Positions 52,543 through 64,000 of a DNA stretch of 64,000 nt are shown here, one piece after another. How positions within the stretch are numbered: position 1 is the first letter of the stretch; the number at the start of each line of letters is the position of its first letter. The notes below the pieces were generated by a model, which saw nothing but the letters and a program-made list of their open reading frames with translations, was not told the origin of the DNA and did no database searches. A program made the translations under genes and the position numbers. The DNA comes from Octopus vulgaris (taxonomy: Eukaryota), in assembly GCA_951406725.2 (NCBI GenBank), contig OX597835.1, positions 44,144,001 through 44,208,000 on the forward strand, written 5' to 3'.

Positions 52543-53038
52543 GTTTGGTACAAGGCTAGTGATTTCGTGAGACGTAGCAATTCGATTAGATTGACCCTGG
52601 TGTGTAACTGGTACCTCTTTTATGGTCACCGAAAGAATGAAAGGAAAATTCGACCTCGGCGGAATTTGAACTCAGAACGTAAAGAAATGCTGCGAGGCGG
52701 TGTGGCTGTGTGGTAAGAAGCTTGCTTCCCAAACACATGGTTCTAGATTTAGTGCCACTGTGTGTCATCTTGGGCAAGTGTCTTCTACTATTGCCTCCGG
52801 TCAACCAAAGTCTTGTGAGTGTATTTGGTAGACTGAAACTGAAAGAAGCCCGTACCGATGTTGGTGTGTTTACATCACCGTAATTTAGCAGTTCGGCAAA
52901 ACAGACCGATAGAATAAGAACTATGTTTACAAAGAATAAGTTCCTGGGGTCAATTCGTTCGTCTAAAGGTGCTGCTCCAGCATGATCCCAGTCACATGAC
53001 TAGAAGATGTGCTAGCGATTCTACCATGACGTCGCCTT
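52543..53038 (-). mobile_element. SINE family C interrupted by a family A insertion
   Basis: C core at 52543-52690; its head (gtgctagcgattctacc...tcgcc) resumes at ~53008-53038. Confidence 0.7.
52694..53005 (+). mobile_element. SINE family A lacking the internal microsatellite
   Basis: gtggctgtgtggtaagaagcttgcttccc...gaaagaagcccgt joined directly to accgatgttggtgtgtttac. Confidence 0.85.
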
Positions 53039-53055
53039 ACGCACCACATAGCTGA

Positions 53056-53268
53056 TAAGGGTTTCAAGTTTTGACACAAGGCCCGCAATTTGGAGGGAAG
53101 GGGATAAGTATATTATATCAACTCCAGTGCACAACTGCTACTTACTTATAGACTTCGAAAGGACGAAAGGTAAAGTCGTCCTTCGAGGAATTTGAGCTCA
53201 AAACACAAAGACAGACGAAAGGCCGGCCGCTAAGCATTTTTCCCTTAGTGGTAAAGACTCAGCCAGTG
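53056..53268 (-). mobile_element. SINE family C, diverged
   Basis: gacacaaggcccgcaattt...gaaaggacgaaaggtaaagtcg...gaatttgagctc. Confidence 0.7.
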
Positions 53269-54235
53269 AAACCTTCAAATATGAAATAATAATATGTAAA
53301 AATTAAAACGTCTTTTATGTTAAGTTCGTGAAACCTATGTACTTTTGTTAAGCCCACTGGTTACTAGATGTTTTCTTAGCAACATCTATGTTATTCCGAT
53401 ATTATTACCCGGTTTCTATTCATTTCCCGACTGCCTGGCTTCCATAGGTCTTTTTGAAATCCTGCCAACCTCTACTGGCAAAACAAACTTATTTTCCTCT
53501 CATTCTCGTCGCTGGTTTCCATCGAATCACACCATATTATTCTTTTCCTCTCTTACGCCCCCTACCGGGGTATATTTCACTATAGTAAGATTAACAGTCT
53601 GGTAATGGAGAGGAAGATGATATCTGGACACAACGAGATTTGGGTGATATGTTATCAGGATGATGAAAAACTTTATATACATAATTCAACGTTTCACGAC
53701 ACTTCAAGAGCGTAGAAAATTTTCTCTGGAAGATATGAGAAAATCAGTGGTTGCCAATAATGTAGTCAGAGTCCATGTTTGACGATATTTGCTGTTGATT
53801 CATTCATGTTTATATTTGAGAACTTTGCTATTTCAACACTTATCAGGCAGACATTTTGTTCCCTACATACACGCTCAAGCACAGACCAACACACGCATGC
53901 GGGGTGTATATATATACATACATTGTACACACACACACACGCACACGTATATATATAACTATGCATCATACGCACTTACATTGGGACCCATCTTCGAGCT
54001 TCCACAGTGTATGTATATATATATATAGATGGGTGTGCTTATGTGCGTCAGTGCATGCTCATATACGCATGTTCATTTATACACACACACATATATATAA
54101 ATGTTTGTGCAATGCATATATATATTCTGTACCTATATATGTATATTATGTATATACTTATACCCGAGTTATTTTAAGCAAAGGTGACTGAAACTAATAT
54201 AATACCCATGATAATATTTGTATAGATTATATCCA

Positions 54236-54281
<46 letters not shown>

Positions 54282-54294
54282 ATATGTATATATG

Positions 54295-54325
<31 letters not shown>

Positions 54326-54938
54326 ATATGTATAAATGCATGCATAGTGACATATATAAATACTCACAGCTATACATGAATGTATATATATATATATATA
54401 CGTATATATATTCCCATATAGAATCTTGGTAATTCTATAGTATTTGTAGAGTTGAAATAGCATAACTTCTATGGAAGTAATCAGATACAATCATGCTCCT
54501 GTATTCAATAATATTGATCTCAACCGTCTAAATGGACGTATATTCATCAAAGCACCGATGAATGAAAGACGAAGGAGGCAAAAATAAAAGGAAGAAGTAA
54601 AGAAGAAAAGAAGAAAAGAACCTGTAGAAATTATGAATAAAAAGGAGACTGCTACATCTCCGCCCCTACTCACCTACGTTCCATTATGTTAAGCGATGTC
54701 AAGCCACTGTTTTTAATTACCTCGGCGAATGTACCTCGTTTTGTGAGTATGTGTACACCTGTATATACGTGCCTGCTTATATGTGCTCGTGTGTGTATGC
54801 GTTTGTGAATGTATGTATATAAATATGTGTGTGTATGTGTGTGTGTGTATCCGTTCACTTGTATGTGCGAGGGTGTGGGGGAAGTAGGGAGACATAAGGT
54901 GCGCTTAGTGATTTAGATATATACACAAACTTAGCGGC

Positions 54939-54939
<1 letters not shown>

Positions 54940-54982
<43 letters not shown>

Positions 54983-55020
54983 TGTGTGTGTGTGTATGTG
55001 TGTGTGTGTCTGTGTATGTA

Positions 55021-55082
<62 letters not shown>

Positions 55083-55132
55083 TATATATATATATGTATA
55101 TATATGTGTATATATATATATATTACATATAT

Positions 55133-55203
<71 letters not shown>

Positions 55204-55450
55204 CTACGAATGCGAATTAGTGCACAGGCGTACATATATAAGCCTTATGTATTTATATATATGCGTATATATATATTTGTATATGTGTAGTAGTGTGTGT
55301 GTGTGTACGCATGTGTTAGTGTGTTTACATATGTGACTTTATATGCCCTACTGTTTTCTTGATTGGCCCTTTTTTCTTTATATTCAGGAAGCTGTATGTA
55401 CACACTCATACATATTAATAAACATATACACACACACATATACATGCATT

Positions 55451-55525
<75 letters not shown>

Positions 55526-55548
55526 GTGTATATATATATGTGTATATA

Positions 55549-55592
<44 letters not shown>

Positions 55593-55744
55593 CATAAATA
55601 TTATATGATTACATACACACGTGCGCAAGCATACGTTCACACACATACATAGATACAATTATGTAAGCATCTAATAGTATCTATATTAACAAATTTGTAG
55701 ATTGGCCATATTTGTGCTCAATTTCATTATTATTATTATTATTA

Positions 55745-55823
<79 letters not shown>

Positions 55824-55835
55824 ATATATTTATAT
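54940..55835. repeat. TA/TG and (ATT)(CAT) microsatellite cluster
   Basis: Direct reading. Confidence 0.9.
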
Positions 55836-56497
55836 ATATATATATTCGTTGTCGCTTATTCAGGAGGCCACATATGTCTATAGACATATCTTTCAAAAGT
55901 CATTTCCCTGTGTAGTCACGGCATTGCACGCCTTGATCTATACACATTCATTTACATTTACATAAATAATATATTGAAAAGGGAGATAATTATGGAAATA
56001 TAAATGTCTGAAATATTACTAGCGGTTCACAACTTCCTATTATTTCTTTTCGATTTCCGGTGATATACTTTGACCCATAGAATATATTTACTCGGAGACA
56101 TTGCTCCCAAAACGTTTACAGACAAAGTATATATAAATTTTTCATATAAACGAATTCTTTCAGAGATTATACGTATTATGTCATGTTAATTCGACTAGAA
56201 AAAAAAATGAAGAGAGTTTTACTGTTTATAGATCTGGGCTTATTATATCAAGTGAATGGTGGTTGGAGACTGTTGCAGTCTCTCACATTTGCAATTTATT
56301 CTTATTCATCTTTTGATGAAATACTATGAGTGATTATATATATATATATGTATGTGTGTGTGTGCGTGTGTGAGTGTGTGTGTGCGTGTGTGTGTGTGTG
56401 TGTTGTGTGTGTGTGCTTGTGTGGGCTTGTGTGTGTGTATACTTACACACATTTATATTTACACACAGAGTTACATATATATATATGTATATATAAG

Positions 56498-56606
<109 letters not shown>

Positions 56607-57000
56607 ATCCATACTTACATACGTGTATATGTTTGTGTGTGCACACACAAACACAGACATGCACATACATTCACGCACACACACACGCACGCACACACAC
56701 TCACACAGACACACACTCATATGGAAAAGCAACAAAACATCAAAAGAATATCTGACATCTAAATGTAGGACTTTTAGTTACCATGGGAAGGAGGGATGTT
56801 GGAGAGAGAGAGAGTAAGGGATGGAGGAAAGAAGGAAGAGAGGCAGATGGAGATAGAGAGAGAAAGTGAGAGACAGACAAACAGACAGGCAGGTAGGAAA
56901 TGAGGGGGAAGGAGCGGGTGCAGGGTATTTAGTAATCGTTATTACCAGAAATAAATTGCATGCACTTTTTTCGTGAATACCTGAACATTAATACTAAATA

Positions 57001-57038
<38 letters not shown>

Positions 57039-57603
57039 TTACTACTACTGGGGATGAAGATAATAATGACTATGTTATTAATTATTGTGATATTCTTTGT
57101 AATTTTTGGCGCAAGGACGCCAAAAAGCGAGAAAATTGAATACATCAACCGTAGTACTTGACTGGTGCTTTAGCTTTCGAGGAATGTTGATCTCATTTGC
57201 ATTTCGCCATTGAACGTAAAAATGCTTTGCTTTATTTTCTTCTGATTTGCTAATGAACCTGCTTTCTCGCCGCTCATTATTATTAATTATTATTAAAGTA
57301 ATAATCGATTATATGTAAAGTGTACTTCAATGATGGTAAGATCAACCAAAAATCTTCTCCATCTGGTGAGAAATAGATGTTATTTAATAAACACAGTATA
57401 TATATATATATTTATGAGATGCCAATAGTTGTTTGCGATGGAAACAATGCCGACAATATTTTCCAACAGTTCTGCTGGGTTCACGTAGTCCTCAGGCTTT
57501 GTCAGGATTGCAAAAAGGTACCATCCGTGTTATAAAATGCTGTCAATGTTATTTTCATTGTATGGCACTTTTAGTAACTCATCAAATAATATATACTGTG
57601 TTG

Positions 57604-57641
<38 letters not shown>

Positions 57642-57679
57642 AGTATATATATATATATATATATAAGTATATATATATA

Positions 57680-57980
57680 GAGGCGCAATGGTCCAGTGGT
57701 TAGGGTAGCGGACTCGCGGTCGTAGGATCGCGGTTTCGATTCCCAGACCTGGCGTTGTGTTTATTGAGCGAAAACACCAACAGCTCCACGAGGCTCCGGC
57801 AGGGGTTGTTGGCGATCCCTGCTGTACTCTTTCGCCATAACTTTCTCTCACTCTTTCTTCTGTTGGCCTGATCGCTTACCCAGCAGGGTGGTGTCATTTG
57901 AAGGCTAAAACAATGCGGAGCACATTGAGACCAGCGATGTGTAGCAACATCTGATAGCCTGGTCGGTCACGGTGATCACG

Positions 57981-57984
<4 letters not shown>
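57680..57984 (+). mobile_element. SINE with head B and alternative tail 2
   Basis: Matches 28277-28460, then diverges into tgttggcctg...accagcgatgtgtagcaacatctgatagcctggtcggtcacggtgatcacggtga. Confidence 0.88.
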
Positions 57985-58053
<69 letters not shown>

Positions 58054-59480
58054 TGCGTGGGTTGAGACAGTAACATCAAGCTTAATCCTTATATATCACT
58101 AGGAATTTTATCAATAGTCTCTCTCCCCTTTATTATAATATGCATTTCATAATAAATACTTGTCACCGAATATTTTGTCATTGGTATCACTGTATAATAT
58201 AAGAACATCGTAATATCTAGTCCCGTGACATTGAAACCCAACCCAATGCCTTGTGTTGAGGAATTGGTGCTCTTAATTTTTACGTCGCTATTCGTTGGAA
58301 TTTAAGATTTTATTTATTTTCCCCTCATTAAATCGTTGTCAATATCTTCCGCTTAATCGGGCGCCATATTTTCGGCCTTATCATCAAACTAGAATTATGA
58401 GGCGCTGTTGAATTCCTTGACTGTCGAGGCGGACTGGCTGCTTTCTAATTTGTAGAACCAAGCAACCTGTGACCTCTGCCAACATCGGTGTTGCAACTAA
58501 TGATACTCTGAAAAATAAGGCATGGTGTTCTTGATACTCCCGCCGCTAATGATCGATTTTATTTTGTTTATCCTCTGTTTTCCAGTTTCTTCAAATATTC
58601 AGGTAATAAATATCCCCCTTTTTTCTATATATATATTACAGTTGTAACAACTAAACTCTTTGTTCTGCATCACTTGTATCATATGTTTTGTTTACCTACC
58701 TGCAACTTAATACAGACCCAGAGGATCACTAGGACTCATGATTCTTATACTGTGATACAAGGATGACAATGAACCAGGATCAAACATCATGAATATGAAC
58801 CCGACCTTTCTATTTATATTTCGTCAACCAAAGAACTGGATTCCAAATTTAAGTGCTGGTATGCGCCGCACCATTTCAGTTCATTTCATTGTGTTTCCAG
58901 CTCTAAAACAAACCGTCACTATCTACGGCTTTGAGTCATTGAATGATATTTTTTAACAATATTTCGAATAATGCTTCCTCTAAGCCTTGCTTTCAGGTTA
59001 AATGAAACACAATCGCCATTTTTAGAATGCACAAACAGATAACTTCGTTCCTTGTTAATTAGTACAAGCATCGTTGCAGGAAAGAGAGAATGCATGGCTT
59101 GATATAACTTTGCCAAACCACTTTTGTTTCTCTGAGTTTGCATGTGTGAAGTTTTTGGTGGAAAATCTCTGTAGATTTTCTATTTCGTTTACTACAGACG
59201 TGTTCTGAAGTGCAATAATTTTTTGTTATTTTTTGTATTTATGTTTCGTGCATAAAAAATCTGGCTTTTATCTTTTTCTCTCGTGGTGTGTGTCTGGTAA
59301 TTTTGAAAGGCATTTTTTTTCTGTACGTGAACAAAGTGAGGAAAAAAATTTCTAAAAAAAACAAACCTTAATCTTTTGCCTAAACCCTGTAAGAGCAGGC
59401 TTCCAAATTCCGAAGGGTCTCTGTAAGCGAATAAATTAAAAAAAAAAGACATTATTAATCTTGATGTATCTCTCAAGCCA

Positions 59481-59482
59481 TG

Positions 59483-59560
<78 letters not shown>
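59481..59560. repeat. (AAT)n microsatellite
   Basis: Direct reading. Confidence 0.95.
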
Positions 59561-59639
59561 GTTTCTGATTTTAGGAACATGACCAACAATTTTAAGGGAT
59601 TTACTTGATAGCATTGGTCCCAGAACTTTAAAATATAAA

Positions 59640-60730
59640 ACCTGAGATGGATTTGAAAAGAGGATGTAAAGAACCATATAAATAGAATAAAACATTTCTG
59701 CGACACCTGTCAATGTTAATGGAACCATTTTATGGGGAAACTGGGTTATAGAATCTGAAGTCAAGAGTTACAGGCAACTAGACGTGGTGGAACTGAGTGA
59801 TGTTGTACACAAAACATGAAGGTAAAAAGGAAACCGTATATTTGAAGAAATGTACGCTGGTATTGAAGTCCAAACCTAATTGAAGGAGTCTGATAAATGC
59901 GATCAACCTCTGATCGGTTGTCATGCGTTATACTGCATGAATAAGGAATTTGATGAAAAATCAAATATGCAGAATAATGGAAGTAACACTAACCCCGCAG
60001 AAATTTCTTCCTTCAAAGGTAACTTATACAGGTAACTTGAAGGAGATGTCTTAGAATTTCTGATTTGGTGAATGGACAAAGAGCGGAAAATCAATCATTA
60101 CATTGTAAAAATGGAAAGATCTTAACCCTGTTGCATTTAAACTAGGACTTACTTGTGCTGTTCTTAGAAAAAATGCACATCAAAGCAAGATATGCTAATT
60201 TGTGAAAGACTTGAATTGCTAAAACAAATATCGATACATGAATAGCTCGACAGAGACACCAAGAATGTGAAAGAAATCTCACAGAAAGTCGGAATATTTC
60301 TGGAGTGGAGATTCAAAATGAGAAATCAAGAATTTGTTGATGGTTGCCCAAGAAAAAGCTCTAAACACCCGACCAATGACCAAAGGTATTTCTTCCACCT
60401 GCACGAACAATAATCCGCATGTAATCAGCGAGTGGAAAATACTGAACGTGTTGTTGCACGCTCATACACAAAGTAAATAATGTTGTGCTTCGTTTTATGG
60501 ACTCATCACAGGAAGAATGGTTACGTCCTTGAATCTTTCCAAGGTCTCCGAGACAAATGGAACAAAAGAGGTGAGACCTCCAAGCCCTCAGATTCTGGGA
60601 CCTGATTTGATTGCATGCAACAGAGTCGACGCCGCTGAAGGTTCGGATTATGCTTTCGAGCTCTTCGCTAGATCAAGTCATCTACACGAGATTAAATACA
60701 GGTTCAGTCGTTTGGGGCAATCCAAGAGTA
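59640..60730 (+). pseudogene. R4/Dong-type non-LTR remnant (RT thumb to Zn-knuckle region), heavily decayed
   Basis: YLKKCTLVLKSKPN*RSLINAINL*SVVMRY resembles YLRRLRxxLKSKLNGRNxIxAINxWAVxVxRY; VAQEKALNTR resembles AAQDQALNTR; HVISEWK resembles HIxSxC. Confidence 0.6.
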
Positions 60731-60764
60731 AGGTAGAAATCCTTTGATCAAACGTAAGTATATA

Positions 60765-61179
60765 TATTTCTTTACTACCCACAAGGGGCTAAACATAGAG
60801 GGGACAAACAAAGACAGACAAAGGGATTAAGTCGATTACATCGACCCCAGTGCGAAGCTGGTACTTCATTTATCGACCCCAAAAGGATGAAAGGCAAAGT
60901 CGACCTCGGCGGAATTTGAACTCAGAACATAACGACAGACAAACTACCTATTTCTTTACTACCCACAAGGGGTTAAACACAGAGAGGACAAACAAGGACA
61001 GACAAACGGATTAAGTCGATTATATCGACCCCAGTGCGTAACTGGTACTTATTTAATCGACCCCGAAAGGGTGAAAGGCAAAGTCGATCTCGGCGGAATT
61101 TGAACTCAGAACGTAGCGGCAGACGAAATACCGCAAAGTATTTCGCCCGGCGCGCTAACGTTTCGGCCAGCTCGCCGCC
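60765..61179 (-). mobile_element. SINE family C with core+linker unit tandemly repeated
   Basis: tatttctttactacccacaagggg starts at both ~60765 and ~60949; head at 61120-61179. Confidence 0.9.
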
Positions 61180-61470
61180 TTTCAAGTATATAGAACCCGC
61201 GATCACGGGACTGCGAAGTAAAGCATCATGACTATGGAACCAGGTTATGTAGAGTGACAGCAAGAACACGAGTCGATAGTCGCATACATTTCCAATACCC
61301 CAGACGTCACAAAGAGATAACTATCTGATTACGAACTGACGGTTTCGTCAGCAGCAAGAAGTTTGTATGGTATCACGTAACACTTGGGCAGAAAAGATAC
61401 TCCATACTTTTAATATTGAAAACTGTGTCCCAATCAAATTTCTCAAGATAATGTGAGTGTGTGTGTGTGT

Positions 61471-61536
<66 letters not shown>

Positions 61537-62387
61537 GTAGTCAAGCACTGTACTGTTAGTGTTGATTTCCTGTTGTCAGATTTTATTGATTGGGCTTTCT
61601 TTCAAATGTGTTGCAAGCCTGATCATCTCATTTCATTTTTACTTCAGAAATAATATTAAAGATTCTTTTATATAACACCGTGTAACAATTTTTTTGTTCG
61701 TCTTTGGTCAGTTAATGGTATTTCCTATTTGCTTCTTCCTAGAATTCAAAGGAAAACGCTACTGCTCCCTTCAAACTTTGCTCTTGTGCTCTGGATGTCA
61801 ATGTTTTGAAACTGACCTATTTTCCATTACATTTCAGACAGATTTGACGATGAGTTGCTGAAGCAGAAATATCGTTATAGCAGATATCCTGCTCAGTATC
61901 ACAGATTTGCTTGTGACTTGCTTCACCTTAACCCCTGAAGCGTGTCCCTTAGTGGTTGACAATATGTGCAGCTCTGATTACGACCAATTGTGTATGCATG
62001 TGTGTGTGTCTGTGGGGGCATCATAGTCATGTATTCAGGGGGTTTCTTTGGAGTTGGAATAACTGTAACAAAAACAAGGTTTGAATGAATTATCAGCCAC
62101 ATCTCATACTTCCGAAGAGTAAGCAAACAGGAAGTAACGGTTGTTATCCAAGGACAAGATTCTATTTTCACAATGTAAAACATGTGATTTATTGGAGATT
62201 TTCTTTGTTATTGTAACAAAGCCAGGTGGCATTCTAAAGATTCTCCGGTTGGTTTGTATTTTATTGATTTAAGGTCAACGTGTCTTATGGCTTTAAGCTA
62301 CAATTCATGATGCCAAAATGTAACCGATCATTTGCGTTGCTATCGTGTCCATTTTCTTGAATTTGTGTTTCAGAAATATGACATTTT

Positions 62388-62695
62388 ATCTTTTACTTGT
62401 TTCATATGTTGGACTGCGAGCCAGTACCTATCTTTCAAAGTCTGATTACTAATCACCCACTTTTTTGTCGATCCACTAAAGTTCGGAGAAATTAACTAAG
62501 CAATATCGGTTGTTAATTGGCGTAGAAAGAAATACAAACACAAAACCACCCACACATCTATGCGACGCAAATTTTTCCACACGACATTAGGCGGCCCGGG
62601 GCTATAGTAGGAGATACTTGTCCAAAATGCCGCGCAGCGGGACTGAACCCGAAACCACCTGGTTGCGAAGCGAGCTTTCTTAGAATTTGCTGCTC
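62388..62695 (-). mobile_element. SINE family A, old copy
   Basis: ttttacttgtttca...gctatagtaggagatacttgtccaa...gggactgaacccgaaaccacctggttg. Confidence 0.7.
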
Positions 62696-63384
62696 TTTCC
62701 AGCAAACCAGGCAATCTCGTAGACTTTCCCATTTTGGCGTGTAGGGTATTGATTTAAGGTGTAGCTGCCTTAAGTTATAATCATAAAGACATGTTGTTAA
62801 GTTGTAAAATGCCAAATAATAAATAAATAGAGAAAGAAAGAAAGAAAGGAAAACACCCATAAAGACTCGTAAAATTCCACCGAATTCGATTCTCGCCACC
62901 TTCGGATGCCAGTAATTGTGTATCTTGATTCTGTTTTGTTAAGGGAGGGATATTTGAGGTGAACGGATAACTGGTTAATAAATCACGCAATTGGAAGCGA
63001 TTTTATCATAATAAAACCTATTGATAGCTCAGGAATTAGCGCTTAAATAAAAACAACATTCCTTAGCAACAACAACAACAACAATCACAACAAAAGAATG
63101 AAATTTCTCGGTATTGTTTGTAAGTGCTATTTATTAGTTATTTATTTGGTTGTTGTTTTTGTTGTTGTTGTTTTATTAAACAGAGATTTGGCAGTTATGT
63201 GGTTTTCAAACCACACGAATTTGATGTTAACGTATTTTCACCAAAATATTTTTACGAACGTAGAAAAAACAAAAAAAAAGAATAGGATACAAGTGAAAAT
63301 CATGTAAATAAAAAAAAGAAATATTGTATGGAATTTAAGTTGAATGTTAGTTAATTTACTATTTTATGGGTGATAAAAATGATG

Positions 63385-63428
63385 AGGACAATAATGATAA
63401 TAGTAATAATAATAATAATAATAATAAT

Positions 63429-63463
<35 letters not shown>

Positions 63464-63477
63464 TAATAATGATGATG

Positions 63478-63560
<83 letters not shown>
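63385..63560. repeat. (AAT)n microsatellite
   Basis: Direct reading. Confidence 0.95.
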
Positions 63561-63855
63561 TACAAGTGTAGCAATAGAATGCCGCATGAAGCAAGGGAAT
63601 TTAGCTTTCGCTGGACCGATTGCAGAAGGGCTTTCGACAATCTTCCACACTGCTAGTTCTTGGAGTACGCAAGGAAGCTCAGAGTCAATGAGAAGACAAA
63701 CGGCTTTTTGCAAAAAGCAAGGAGCGCATGCGTAGTAAAAGTAACGTGCGCAAAGGAAACGTGAGGAAACATTATAATAATACGCAAGTGTGTTTTCCAG
63801 GGAAACTCGCTCTCTCGACTACTCTTCGTCACTGCGTTAATATTGTGTTGAGTCA
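63561..63855 (+). pseudogene. R4/Dong-type RT fragment
   Basis: NLAFA/WTDCRRAFDNLPH resembles NLSMAWIDYKKAFDSVPH; VFQGNSLSRLLFVTAL resembles GIFQGDSLSPLLFxxAL. Confidence 0.75.
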
Positions 63856-64000
63856 AAAGTTTACCAATATTTTGGTACCTTATCTGCTTTATTCGTTAGT
63901 TTATAACAAAAGCAGTCTAGCATTGAATGTTGAGGCCATCATGTTCGCCCCATCTGAAGCTAGGTTTCTGCCAGTTCTTTCATCATTTGTTGATACCTAT

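Overview
AT-rich eukaryotic (animal) non-coding DNA, probably a long intron or intergenic stretch. The repeat content (extreme TA/CA/TATG/AAT microsatellite load, three abundant tRNA-derived SINE families) resembles octopod cephalopod genomes; that assignment is an inference. I found no intact host CDS: almost all listed ORFs are microsatellite or SINE translations. Real protein-coding remnants are one decayed mariner transposase (42.4-43.5 kb), two RTE-type LINE reverse-transcriptase fragments (one with a twin-priming-like 5' inversion) and four R4/Dong-type non-LTR fragments. There are also Tc1/mariner and hAT-Charlie MITEs with clear TIRs and TSDs. The most interesting signal is a dense set of short non-coding elements carrying minimal type-I hammerhead-ribozyme-like motifs (CUGAnGA / stem II / GAAA / tiny palindromic stem III), as described for Penelope-like elements. 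They fall into several sequence-unrelated families and are often arranged as fold-backs. The clearest case is a nest at 38.3-39.5 kb, where a hAT MITE holds two fold-back inserts with three hammerhead-like motifs. All coordinates and alignments were made by eye, so ends of old repeats are approximate.
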